A DNA stretch of 64,000 nt from Flavobacteriaceae bacterium (GCA_027080135.1 JALWUJ010000039.1:4561-68560), one strand, 5' to 3'. Positions 20,615-30,220 are shown, numbered from the stretch's first letter. Notes: a model not told the origin generated them from the sequence alone. Translations and numbers: made by a program.

Positions 20615-20678
20615 CAAAAAATTATAAATCTTTTACAAAAAAGTGTAACATACTATTCTTATTAATCTAATAAATTTG
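20615..20678 (+). promoter_or_regulatory. Promoter of the PqqD operon: 21-bp-period direct repeat plus -7 box
   Basis: caaaaaattataa (20615) and caaaaaagtgtaa (20636), then TAAATTTG at 20671-20678. Confidence 0.6.
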
Positions 20679-20704
20679 ACCATTAATAATTTAAAACTTT
20701 AATT

Positions 20705-20950
20705 ATGGCAATTAAAAAAAACATAGCAATAAGCGATTCTGGATTTCTTTTTAACCCTTCTACAGGAGATTCTTATTCTTTAAATCCTGTGGGTCAAGAA
20801 ATTTTAAAACTTCTAAAAGAAGGGAAAAATGATGAAGAAGTTATCGAGCAAATTTTAGAAAATTACCTTACCGATCGCGATGCCGTAGAAAAAGATCTTT
20901 ACGATTTTAAAAATATGTTGGAAAACTATAAACTTACCGATGATGAGTAA
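20705..20950 (+). CDS. PqqD family / RiPP recognition element (RRE) protein
   Basis: 81 aa with LFNPSTG.SYSLN..G.EI..LL and Y......EKDL.DF...L, the usual three-strand/three-helix RRE pattern. Confidence 0.8.
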   Translation: MAIKKNIAISDSGFLFNPSTGDSYSLNPVGQEILKLLKEGKNDEEVIEQILENYLTDRDAVEKDLYDFKNMLENYKLTDDE

Positions 20951-21992
20951 ACCAACCTATACCATTGCGGTAACTGGCTTAAATGCCATCGATAGTCCCG
21001 GTCCTGGTTTGGCTGTAATTCGTTCTTTGCGAGATGCCGAAAGTTTTAATGTTCGTATTATCGGACTTTCTTACGAAACCATGGAACCTGGAATTTACAT
21101 GCACGATCTAGTTGACAAAACGTATCAAATTCCTTACCCTTCAGCTGGGCAACAGGTGCTGTTTGAGCGTTTTCAATTTATTAATGCGGTTGAAGATTTA
21201 GACTTTTTATTTCCTAATTTTGATGCCGAATTATTCAACTTTATAAAAATTCAAGAACAATTTGAAAAAGACTTAGGCATTAAAATGGTGCTTCCTTCTT
21301 TAGAACAATTTGAAGCTAGACATAAAGTAAACCTTTTTGAATACGGCGAAAAACACAACATTAAAGTTCCTTTTGCTAAAATGCTTTTTAGTGCTTCTGA
21401 AATTCCTTCACTAACCGAACAATTTGGATTTCCAATGGTAATAAAAGGAAAATTTTACGATGCTAAGATTGCTTATTCTTCAAATCAAGCCATTCAGCAT
21501 TTCAATAAAATTAATGCACAATGGGGATTACCAGTAATTATTCAGCAATTTATTCACGGTTCCGAAGTAAATGTTTGCGGAATTGGTGATGGCGAAGGAA
21601 ACCTACTCGGTGCAGTACCAATGCGAAAACTTTATATTACAGATAAAGGAAAAGCGTGGGCTGGTGTAACGCTGGAAGATAACAAGCTAATCGAAATCAC
21701 TGAAAATTTAGTAAAAGAAACCAATTGGAAAGGTCCTTTTGAATTGGAATTTATGAAAACTACCAACGATGAATATTATCTTATCGAAATAAATCCCCGC
21801 TTCCCAGCTTGGTGCTATTTAACCGTTGGTGCAGGTCAAAACCAAGTAGAATCTTTGGTAAATTTGGCAATGACAGGTAAAACAAAAGCCTTTACCACAT
21901 ACGATATTGGAAAAATGTTTATTCGTTATTCCAACGATATGATTGTAGATATGGAAGAATTTGAGAAAATTTCAACCTTAGGAGAACTTTAA
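20940..21992 (+). CDS. ATP-grasp ligase (carbamoyl-phosphate-synthase-like ATP-grasp)
   Basis: GFPMVIKG, IIQQFI.G.E, ELEF and LIEINPRFP. Confidence 0.88.
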   Translation: MMSKPTYTIAVTGLNAIDSPGPGLAVIRSLRDAESFNVRIIGLSYETMEPGIYMHDLVDKTYQIPYPSAGQQVLFERFQFINAVEDLDFLFPNFDAELFNFIKIQEQFEKDLGIKMVLPSLEQFEARHKVNLFEYGEKHNIKVPFAKMLFSASEIPSLTEQFGFPMVIKGKFYDAKIAYSSNQAIQHFNKINAQWGLPVIIQQFIHGSEVNVCGIGDGEGNLLGAVPMRKLYITDKGKAWAGVTLEDNKLIEITENLVKETNWKGPFELEFMKTTNDEYYLIEINPRFPAWCYLTVGAGQNQVESLVNLAMTGKTKAFTTYDIGKMFIRYSNDMIVDMEEFEKISTLGEL

Positions 21993-22045
21993 AATTTGAA
22001 ATAGTTACGTAATCCTTCAAAAGTGATTACACAAAATATAATATT

Positions 22046-23404
22046 ATGGACAAAAAACAATATGAACGCCCAATAATAAAGCCTTTAAATACTGGCTTAA
22101 TGAACAAATTTGGAACTCGAACTGAATACACTGCTTTAACTCATATTGAAGGGGTTTCAGTAAAAAGTTTATTGGCAGATTACGGATCGCCTTTATTTGT
22201 TCTTTCAGAAAGAAAAATTAGAGAAAACTACCGAAATGCAAAACGTATTTTTGAAACTCGTTACCCAAAAGTTCAGTTTGCTTGGTCTTATAAAACCAAC
22301 TATTTAAATGCGGTTTGTAATACTTTTCACCAAGAAGGATCTTGGGCAGAAGTGGTTTCACGTTTTGAATACGAAAAAGCAATAAAAAATGGAGTTGACG
22401 GCGATAAAATACTATTCAATGGTCCCGATAAAACCGATAGTGACCTTACTTTATGTATCGAGAACAACTCTCCTATTCATATAGATCATTTAGACGAATT
22501 ATACCGTCTAACAGAGATTGCAACCAAAATGGACAAAAAACCAAGAGTAGCCATTAGAGTAAATATGGATACTGGTGTTTATCCAATGTGGGATCGTTTT
22601 GGGTTTAATTACGAAAACGGACAAGCTTGGGACGCCATCAATAAAATTATGGCTACTGGAAAATTAGACTTGGTTGGTTTACACTGTCATATTGGTACTT
22701 TTATGCTAACACCAAGTGCTTATGGAGTTGCTGCTAGTAAGCTTTCAGATTTAGCTATGAGTATTAAAAACAAATATGACAAATCCATTACCTATTTAGA
22801 TTTAGGTGGAGGATTTGCTTCCAAAAACACTTTAAAAGGATCATTGCTTCCTGGATCAGATTCTGTTCCCGAAATTTATGAATACGCAGAAGCGATTACT
22901 ACTGCTATTTTAAACGCAGGATTTCAACCAGATGATTTACCTTACTTATACTTAGAAACAGGTAGAGCTTTAGTGGATGATGCTGGTTTCCTTTTAGGAA
23001 GTGTAATTTCAAACAAAAGATTATCCGACGGAAGAAGAGCTACCATTATGGATTTTGGTGTAAATATTATGTTTACTTCTTTCTGGTACGATCATAAAAT
23101 TTCGCCAGCTCAAGAGTTTGGACAACACACAGAAGATACCATTCTTTACGGTCCTCTTTGTATGAACATTGATGTGGTTAGAGAAAATATTACCTTACCA
23201 CCTTTAAAACCTGGAGAACAAGTGGTAGTTCACCATATGGGTGCTTATAATATTTCGCAATCGATGCAATTTATCTCATTACGTCCAGCAATTGTTATGA
23301 TAGATACAGATAAAAAAGTACATTTGATTAAATCTGCTGAAACATTAGATGTTTTAGAAAAAGGAGAATTACTACCAGAATATTTAAAAGAGTTTAGTTT
23401 ATAA
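22046..23404 (+). CDS. Fold-III PLP decarboxylase (DAP-decarboxylase-like, substrate unknown)
   Basis: YGSPLF, WSYKTN (PLP Lys), FNGPDK, HCHIGT, DLGGG, ETGR, GPLC and MGAY. Confidence 0.85.
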   Translation: MDKKQYERPIIKPLNTGLMNKFGTRTEYTALTHIEGVSVKSLLADYGSPLFVLSERKIRENYRNAKRIFETRYPKVQFAWSYKTNYLNAVCNTFHQEGSWAEVVSRFEYEKAIKNGVDGDKILFNGPDKTDSDLTLCIENNSPIHIDHLDELYRLTEIATKMDKKPRVAIRVNMDTGVYPMWDRFGFNYENGQAWDAINKIMATGKLDLVGLHCHIGTFMLTPSAYGVAASKLSDLAMSIKNKYDKSITYLDLGGGFASKNTLKGSLLPGSDSVPEIYEYAEAITTAILNAGFQPDDLPYLYLETGRALVDDAGFLLGSVISNKRLSDGRRATIMDFGVNIMFTSFWYDHKISPAQEFGQHTEDTILYGPLCMNIDVVRENITLPPLKPGEQVVVHHMGAYNISQSMQFISLRPAIVMIDTDKKVHLIKSAETLDVLEKGELLPEYLKEFSL

Positions 23405-23406
23405 TT

Positions 23407-25575
23407 TTGAAAGAAAACAGCAACTTATCTATATTGAAAATCTATGGGAATGGCATATTAAATAGTTATTCCCAGATTTTCTTTTCGAACAATAAAGTCT
23501 TTGCACTTCTGCTATTAATCATAAGTTTTTTTGATTTAGGAGCTGGTTTAAGCGGTGTTTTAAGTATTATTATTTGTCAGATAACTGCGGTACTTTTCAA
23601 TTTTAACAAAGAGCTAATTAAAGATGGTTCTTATACTTACAACCCTCTAATGGTTGGAATTGCTATAGGAATGTTCTACGATTTTAATTTATCGTTTTTT
23701 ATTATTCTTGTCATTGTTTCAATTTTAACCTTATTTATTACAATTTGGATGAGTACTATCCTCTCAAAACAAGGGCTTCCTTTTTTAAGTTTGCCTTTTT
23801 TATTAGGAATTTGGATTGTAATACTTGGTGTTCCAAATTTTTCTGCACTTCAATTAAACCCTAAAGAAATATTATCGCTTGCCAAATGGTTTCCAGCATT
23901 ATTTAACTCGGTTACCAACGGTATTGCTGCCCTACCCTTTGCAGATGTTATTCATTTGTATTTTAGATCTCTCGGAGCTATCTTTTTTCAGTACAATGAT
24001 TTAGCAGGGCTTATTATTGCTATCGGAATATTAATTTATTCCAGAATGGCTTTCAGTTTATCTATTATTGGTTTTAGTATTGGTTTTGCATTTTATCACT
24101 TTTTTGGTGGTGATTTTTCACAACTTATTTACTCATATATAGGTTTCAACTTTATTTTAACAGCTATTGCTTTGGGTGGTTTTTTTGTGGTTCCTTCCAA
24201 GAAATCATATTTAATGCTTTTTTTCATCATCCCTGTAATCGCATTGACTATAAGCTCTTTACACACATTGTTTTCTATTGTAGAACTTCCATTATATTCA
24301 TTACCATTTAATATTATTACTATTATTTTCTTGGCAACTATGGCTACCCGAAGAAAACATTCTGGAATTACATTGGTAGCAATGCAACAATTTTCTCCTG
24401 AAAAAAACCATTACAAATATTTAAATTCGCAAAACAGATTTAATAACAATACTTTTTATCATATAGCATTGCCTGTAATGGGAAATTGGAAAATATCACA
24501 AGGTCATAATGGTGGTATTACTCACAAAGACGATTGGCAATACGCTTGGGATTTTGTGGTTTTAGATGAAGAAGATAGAACCTACCAAATGCCTGGTGTA
24601 GATTTAAAAGATTATTACTGTTATGACCTTCCTATCATAGCTCCTTCTGAAGGTTATGTGGTAGAAATAATTGACGGAATTGAAGACAATAAAATCAACG
24701 AAGTTAACCTTAAAGAAAACTGGGGAAACACCCTAATTATTAAACACGGAGAACATTTTTACAGCAAACTTTCTCATATAAAAAAAGGCTCTTTTAAAGT
24801 AAAAAAAGGAGATTATGTAACCAAAGGAATGGTACTTGCAACTTGCGGAAGCTCAGGTAGATCACCAGAACCTCACCTCCATTTTCAATTACAAACTACT
24901 CCTTATGTTGGTTCAAAAACCATAGAATTTCCGCTTTCTTATTATTTAACAAAAAAAGATAATAAACATCAATTTCATAGTTTCGATATTCCAAAAGAAG
25001 AGGAAATTGTTTCCAATGTAAAAACCACCAAACTATTAACCGATGCTTTTTTGTTTGTTCCTGGAAAAACATTCCGGTTTAACTTTGAAGGAAAAAAAAT
25101 AAAGTGGGAAGTGTTTACCAACGCCCTAAACCAAACTTATATTTATTGTCACCAGAGCAAGAGTACTGCTTATTTTATTAATAACGGAACTGTGTTTTAT
25201 TTCACCGATTTTTACGGAGATGATGAAAGCCTTCTAAAGCATTTTTATTACGGAGCTCAAAATATTTTGTTGGGGTATTACAAAAATGCAAAAATTAAAG
25301 ATGAATTGATGATTGATGGATTTTTTAATAAGCTCATCACTGGATTACACGATTTTACCGCTCCGTTTTTTCATTACTGCAAAGTAAATTATAACTTTGA
25401 ATTTAGCTATTGTGATAACGAGCACAATCCTTCAGAAATATCATTTAACACTCATTGTATTGCTTCTATTGGAAAAAAAGAATACAAAAGAATTGATTAT
25501 ACATTTCATTTAAAAGAAGGGAAAATAACTTCCTTTCAAATTAATAAAAACAAAACTGCCCAATGCGAAAATTAA
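23407..25575 (+). CDS. Urea-transporter-family membrane domain fused to an M23 metallopeptidase domain
   Basis: Repeated UT motifs (SQIFFSNN/GAIFFQYN, YN/FN, LPFLSLPF/LPLYSLPF); M23 motifs H..YAWDF, GN..IIKH, G.SG.S..PHLHF; TTG start. Confidence 0.8.
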   Translation: MKENSNLSILKIYGNGILNSYSQIFFSNNKVFALLLLIISFFDLGAGLSGVLSIIICQITAVLFNFNKELIKDGSYTYNPLMVGIAIGMFYDFNLSFFIILVIVSILTLFITIWMSTILSKQGLPFLSLPFLLGIWIVILGVPNFSALQLNPKEILSLAKWFPALFNSVTNGIAALPFADVIHLYFRSLGAIFFQYNDLAGLIIAIGILIYSRMAFSLSIIGFSIGFAFYHFFGGDFSQLIYSYIGFNFILTAIALGGFFVVPSKKSYLMLFFIIPVIALTISSLHTLFSIVELPLYSLPFNIITIIFLATMATRRKHSGITLVAMQQFSPEKNHYKYLNSQNRFNNNTFYHIALPVMGNWKISQGHNGGITHKDDWQYAWDFVVLDEEDRTYQMPGVDLKDYYCYDLPIIAPSEGYVVEIIDGIEDNKINEVNLKENWGNTLIIKHGEHFYSKLSHIKKGSFKVKKGDYVTKGMVLATCGSSGRSPEPHLHFQLQTTPYVGSKTIEFPLSYYLTKKDNKHQFHSFDIPKEEEIVSNVKTTKLLTDAFLFVPGKTFRFNFEGKKIKWEVFTNALNQTYIYCHQSKSTAYFINNGTVFYFTDFYGDDESLLKHFYYGAQNILLGYYKNAKIKDELMIDGFFNKLITGLHDFTAPFFHYCKVNYNFEFSYCDNEHNPSEISFNTHCIASIGKKEYKRIDYTFHLKEGKITSFQINKNKTAQCEN

Positions 25576-26831
25576 TTATTGCAATCGTTTTATTGATTGG
25601 ATTTCAATCCATCTCACAGGAGTATTCTGCAAAAGAAATAGACGCTAAAACTTTTGAATATTTCAGTGCTGAAAATTGGAAAGAATTAATAGCTTTTGGA
25701 AAAGAAAACCCTCAGGATTACTATTATTTTAATGTAAGAATGGGAGTTGCTTTTTTTAATAAACAAGAATATTATTCAGCCGAAAAATACTTTAAAAAAG
25801 CCATTGCTCAAAATCCTACTGAATATGCAAAAGAATTCTTGTTTTGGACCTATTTTAATATGGGCGAATCTGTATTAGCAGAGCAAGTGTACGACCAACT
25901 TAGTAATAAAAGTAAGATGAATATTGACTATAAAAAAACAGCTATAGAATATGTTTATTTAGAAGGAGGAATTAAGAGACCCAATACAGATGAAGTAGAA
26001 AACACCTATTATGGAAATTTGGTTTTAAAACATCGATTAGGAAAAAATATCAAAATTTTACATTCTATCAACTTTTTTTCACAAGACCCTTCAACCCAAA
26101 ACTTTAACAGTTATCAATATCATCTATCTGGAACCTATTTTAATAAAACCTCTGCTTTTAGTTTAGGTGGAATTTATAATAGAAATGAATTTAGTTACTT
26201 TTCAAGTACAGAATTTACAGGTAATTTTGGAAATCAGATAATAGAAGATATTGAAGGTACTAGTAATGGAAATACCTATAGTGTTTATGCAAATTATAAT
26301 AAAAGGTTAAACAGGTTACGAATAAATGCAAATTTTAACTTTGCTACTCAAAATGCTTCCCAAAAAATTCTTACAAAATTATATTTAAGTGAAGATGGTT
26401 CATTAATAAGTGAAGATTTAATTAAATCAAATGTAACCGAAAACGTTTTTATTCCTTCTGTTGGTTTTTTATATACACCTAAGTTTACAAAAGACAGAGT
26501 TTCTGTTGGAGCCGATTTTTTCTTTGCCTTTACCCAAACAAAAAACAACTTTATTTTTAAACCTTATTTAAACATATATGCTTCAAAAAATATGTGGTTT
26601 AACACAAGTTATCTTCAGGTAAAAAATCATCTGTTTGCGGATTATTCTAGTGAAATAATTTATAATACACCCGATTTATCTGTTAACCGATTTGTTGCTA
26701 CTTTAAACTATGCCTTTACTCCAAAAATAATTACAAAACTTACTTATACTTTTGAAAATTACGATTTTGACACTGCAAATCTTACTTACGATATAAATTC
26801 AATATTTTTAGGACTTCAATATAAATTTTAA
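25563..26831 (+). CDS. Exported protein: N-terminal TPR plus probable beta-barrel
   Basis: Signal peptide, one or two TPRs, aromatic alternating strands and C-terminal GLQYKF. Confidence 0.65.
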   Translation: MRKLIIAIVLLIGFQSISQEYSAKEIDAKTFEYFSAENWKELIAFGKENPQDYYYFNVRMGVAFFNKQEYYSAEKYFKKAIAQNPTEYAKEFLFWTYFNMGESVLAEQVYDQLSNKSKMNIDYKKTAIEYVYLEGGIKRPNTDEVENTYYGNLVLKHRLGKNIKILHSINFFSQDPSTQNFNSYQYHLSGTYFNKTSAFSLGGIYNRNEFSYFSSTEFTGNFGNQIIEDIEGTSNGNTYSVYANYNKRLNRLRINANFNFATQNASQKILTKLYLSEDGSLISEDLIKSNVTENVFIPSVGFLYTPKFTKDRVSVGADFFFAFTQTKNNFIFKPYLNIYASKNMWFNTSYLQVKNHLFADYSSEIIYNTPDLSVNRFVATLNYAFTPKIITKLTYTFENYDFDTANLTYDINSIFLGLQYKF

Positions 26832-26834
26832 AAA

Positions 26835-27437
26835 ATGAAACAAACTATAACAACCCTAGTAATTATTTTATTTGCTACTATAGCAACAAGTCAAAACTCA
26901 TTAACTGAAGCTTTCTCAAAAAGTTATGAATTTGAGTATAATAAAGACCTTTCCAAAGCCATTTCGGCATTAGATAAGGTTTATACCACAGACTCTTACG
27001 AAATTAATTTACGTTTAGGATGGTTATATTATTCCATTGAAGATTATGTGAAATCTATAAATTACTACAAAAATGCAGTAAAAAAAGAACCTTCATCTAT
27101 TGAGGCAAAACTCGGTTTAGCTTATCCTATTAGTGCTCAAGAAAAATGGGGTGAGTTAATTACTCTTTACAAAGAAATTTTAAATTTAGACCCTTTAAAC
27201 TACACGGTTAATTTAAGAATGGCAACCCTTTATTATTATCGAAAAGATTTTGTAAAAGCAGCATCATATGGTGAAAAAGTAAGTAAGCTATACCCTTTCG
27301 ATTATAGTTATAATTTAATTCTCGGAAAAATTAATCTAAGTTTAGGAAATATTATTCACGCAAAAGAACACTTAAATGCTGCTTTATTATACGACCCAAC
27401 TGCTACTGAAGTTTTGGGTTTACTGAAAGCTTTATAA
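26835..27437 (+). CDS. Exported TPR protein
   Basis: Signal peptide and repeated NLRLGWLYY-type TPRs. Confidence 0.8.
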   Translation: MKQTITTLVIILFATIATSQNSLTEAFSKSYEFEYNKDLSKAISALDKVYTTDSYEINLRLGWLYYSIEDYVKSINYYKNAVKKEPSSIEAKLGLAYPISAQEKWGELITLYKEILNLDPLNYTVNLRMATLYYYRKDFVKAASYGEKVSKLYPFDYSYNLILGKINLSLGNIIHAKEHLNAALLYDPTATEVLGLLKAL

Positions 27438-27455
27438 AATAATTTCAAATAGCCC

Positions 27456-27488
27456 AAACCTCACAGGTTTTAAAAACCTGTGAGGTTT
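27456..27488. terminator. Family-B-related palindrome between convergent genes (probable bidirectional terminator)
   Basis: aaacctcacaggtttt-a-aaaacctgtgaggttt. Confidence 0.7.
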
Positions 27489-27495
27489 ATTTATT

Positions 27496-29445
27496 CTATT
27501 TAAACTCCATTCGTTGAATCCTAACCGAATTCAAAATTGCTAACAAAGCCACACCAACGTCGGCAATTACCGCTTCCCACATCGTTGCCATTCCCATGGC
27601 TCCAAGAATAAGAACAAGAATTTTTACTCCCAAAGCTAAAAATATATTTTGCCAAATAATTTTTTTGGTGGCATTTCCTATATGAATTGCTGTTGCAATT
27701 TTTGAAGGCTGATCGGTTTGTATTATCACATCCGCCGTTTCAATGGCTGCATCGCTTCCTAATCCTCCCATTGCCATTCCTACATCGGACAAAGTAATTA
27801 CAGGAGCATCGTTAATTCCGTCGCCAATAAATGCAATGGTTTTTCCTTGAGCCTTTAATTTTTCAACTTCGGTAATTTTTCCTTCAGGAAGGAGTCCGCC
27901 AATAGCAGTATCAATTCCTAATTCTTTAGCAACCTTATCTACCACCGCTTGTTTATCTCCAGAAAGCATTACAATATTAGTTACATTAGCAATACTATGA
28001 AGTGCCATAATTGCAGCTTTCGCATCTTCTTTAATGGTATCTGCAATGGTGATATAACCTGTATATTTTCCATTGATAGCAACCACCACAATGGTTTCTG
28101 TAATTTTTTCTATGGAAGTATTAAAAGAGATTTTAAACTTTTTAAGTAATTTGGTATTTCCTGCTAGCACTTCGTATTCTCCCACTTTTCCTTTCATTCC
28201 GTGTCCTGAAATTTCTTCTACATCGGTCGATTTTAAATCGGAAGCATTTGAAGATTCTTCAGCATATTTTACAATCGCTTCGGCGATGGGATGGGTAGAA
28301 TTCTTTTCTAATTCGGAAGTTAATTCAACTAATAATTTTTCTTCTATTCCTTCTGAAACTATTTCCTGCACTTCAAAAACACCTTTGGTAAGCGTTCCTG
28401 TTTTGTCCATTACCACCGAATCTACTTTGGTCATAATATCGAGATAATTGGATCCTTTGAATAATATTCCGTTGCGAGAACCTGCACCAATTCCACCAAA
28501 ATAACCCAATGGAATCGAAATCACCAAAGCACAAGGACAAGAAATTACCAAGAAAATTAATGCTCGCTGAAACCACATTTGAAACTCATAATCGCCTCCT
28601 AAAAAGAAATAAGGAATTGCCACCAAAGCAACCGCCAACCAAAAAACAATGGGTGTATAAACTTTTGCCAACCGACTGATTAACTGTTGTGTTTTTGCTT
28701 TTCTTCCAACGGCTTCTTGTACTAATTTTAATATTTTTGAAAGCTTGGTATCTTCATAATTACTGGTAACTTTCACTTGAATTAAAGTATTCAGATTCAC
28801 CATTCCAGCCAATACTACATCGCCTTGTTTTTTTGAATCGGGTGCCGACTCGCCAGTTAAAGCTGCAGTGTTTAAAGAAGCATATTCAGAAATTAACTCG
28901 CCATCCAAAGCAATTTTCTGACCTGGTTTTACTTGGAATATTTGTCCTATTTCTACTTCTCTTGGATGTTTTACTACTGGGTTTCCATTTTCTAAAACAG
29001 TTACTTCTTCCACCTGAACTTTTAATAAAGCTTCAATAGAACGTTTTGCTTTATTTACGGCAGCTTCTTGAAACAATTCTCCTACGACATAAAACATCAT
29101 AACGGCAACTCCTTCTTCATACGAACCAATCGCGAAAGCTCCCAATGTTGCCACCGACATTAATACAAACTCATTATAAACATCACCTTTAACAATTAGT
29201 TTTAAGGCTTTTAAAACGATGGGGCCACCAACAGCGATGTATAAAACACCAAACCAAATTAAGGGAATTGGAGTTTTAAAAAATGGAACTTCAAAAAAAT
29301 CGAGGGCTATTCCTAGTAATAATAAAACAAGACTAATTCCGGGAATAATATATTCCTTATTAAAACTTACTTGCTCTTTTGGTTCGGAATCTTGGGTATA
29401 ATCAATGGCACAAGCACCGTCTTTACAATCTTCTTCGTTGGACAT
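27496..29445 (-). CDS. zntA: Zn/Cd-type P1B ATPase (ZntA/CadA-like)
   Basis: [25 protein letters not shown] in TM7 and ADVG. Confidence 0.88.
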   Translation of the reverse strand: MSNEEDCKDGACAIDYTQDSEPKEQVSFNKEYIIPGISLVLLLLGIALDFFEVPFFKTPIPLIWFGVLYIAVGGPIVLKALKLIVKGDVYNEFVLMSVATLGAFAIGSYEEGVAVMMFYVVGELFQEAAVNKAKRSIEALLKVQVEEVTVLENGNPVVKHPREVEIGQIFQVKPGQKIALDGELISEYASLNTAALTGESAPDSKKQGDVVLAGMVNLNTLIQVKVTSNYEDTKLSKILKLVQEAVGRKAKTQQLISRLAKVYTPIVFWLAVALVAIPYFFLGGDYEFQMWFQRALIFLVISCPCALVISIPLGYFGGIGAGSRNGILFKGSNYLDIMTKVDSVVMDKTGTLTKGVFEVQEIVSEGIEEKLLVELTSELEKNSTHPIAEAIVKYAEESSNASDLKSTDVEEISGHGMKGKVGEYEVLAGNTKLLKKFKISFNTSIEKITETIVVVAINGKYTGYITIADTIKEDAKAAIMALHSIANVTNIVMLSGDKQAVVDKVAKELGIDTAIGGLLPEGKITEVEKLKAQGKTIAFIGDGINDAPVITLSDVGMAMGGLGSDAAIETADVIIQTDQPSKIATAIHIGNATKKIIWQNIFLALGVKILVLILGAMGMATMWEAVIADVGVALLAILNSVRIQRMEFK

Positions 29446-29476
29446 AATTTTTTTTGGCTTTCGTTTTTATCGCTTT

Positions 29477-29511
29477 CAAAGATAATTAATAACTTCTGCA
29501 ACAAGATTGCA
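29477..29511 (-). promoter_or_regulatory. zntA promoter: -7 box plus TGCAA-N5-TTGCA operator
   Basis: TATCTTTG at 29477-29484; palindrome tgcaacaagattgca at 29497-29511. Confidence 0.65.
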
Positions 29512-29754
29512 TTATTTTTTGTTAACCTGAGTTCGATATAAGAATCGAATAAAAAATTCAATAAATACGTGAGATGCGAGCTATAAATTTAGTGGACTAA
29601 CACGTTAGTTTACTAAATTTTAGTAAAGCAGATTGCGTGTTTAGTGGGTTTTTAATCGAAATAGGAGCTATTTTTAGTTTTAGTTTATTTTTTATAATTT
29701 ATTTACTTTTAATTAACAGATAAACATATAGTTACAAAATAAAACAAATACTTA

Positions 29755-30180
29755 TTATATCGAACTCAGGTTATTACATTTTTCGCAAATTCCCTTTACT
29801 ACAAGATTGATATTTTCTGCAATAAACCCTTCAGGCAAATTAATCTTCGGAATTTTATAATCTGTTAAGCAAGTGGTTTCTTCGCATTTTGTACAATGAA
29901 AATGTAAGTGTAAATCGTTTTCAATTTCACAATGGCAATTTTCTTCACAGATTGCATATTTAGTGATTCCTGTACCATCATCTATTTGATGAACCAACTC
30001 TTTTTCAACAAAGGTTTTTATGGTTCGGTAAATAGTAGTTCTATCTGCATTGTCGAAATAACTTTCCAACTGACTTAAACTCAAAGCCGTTTTTTTACTA
30101 AGTATAAACTGTAAAACCAACAGGCGCATTGCTGTAGATTTTATTTGGTTGTTTTCTAATATTATTTCTAAATTTTTCAT
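29755..30180 (-). CDS. Fur family metalloregulator
   Basis: T..R..VL, DRTTIYRT, HLHFHCTKC and GICEKC. Confidence 0.92.
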   Translation of the reverse strand: MKNLEIILENNQIKSTAMRLLVLQFILSKKTALSLSQLESYFDNADRTTIYRTIKTFVEKELVHQIDDGTGITKYAICEENCHCEIENDLHLHFHCTKCEETTCLTDYKIPKINLPEGFIAENINLVVKGICEKCNNLSSI

Positions 30181-30193
30181 AGTCTAATGCAAA

Positions 30194-30220
30194 CCTACAA
30201 GGTTTTTAAAACCTTGCAGG
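30194..30220. repeat. Family-B REP-like palindrome
   Basis: cctacaaggtttttaaaaccttgcagg. Confidence 0.85.

Noticed and set aside
19920-20704. Free-standing RiPP precursor gene near pqqD
   Set aside because: No convincing short ORF in the gaps; the 19959-20282 ORF is antisense to araC. A distant precursor cannot be excluded.
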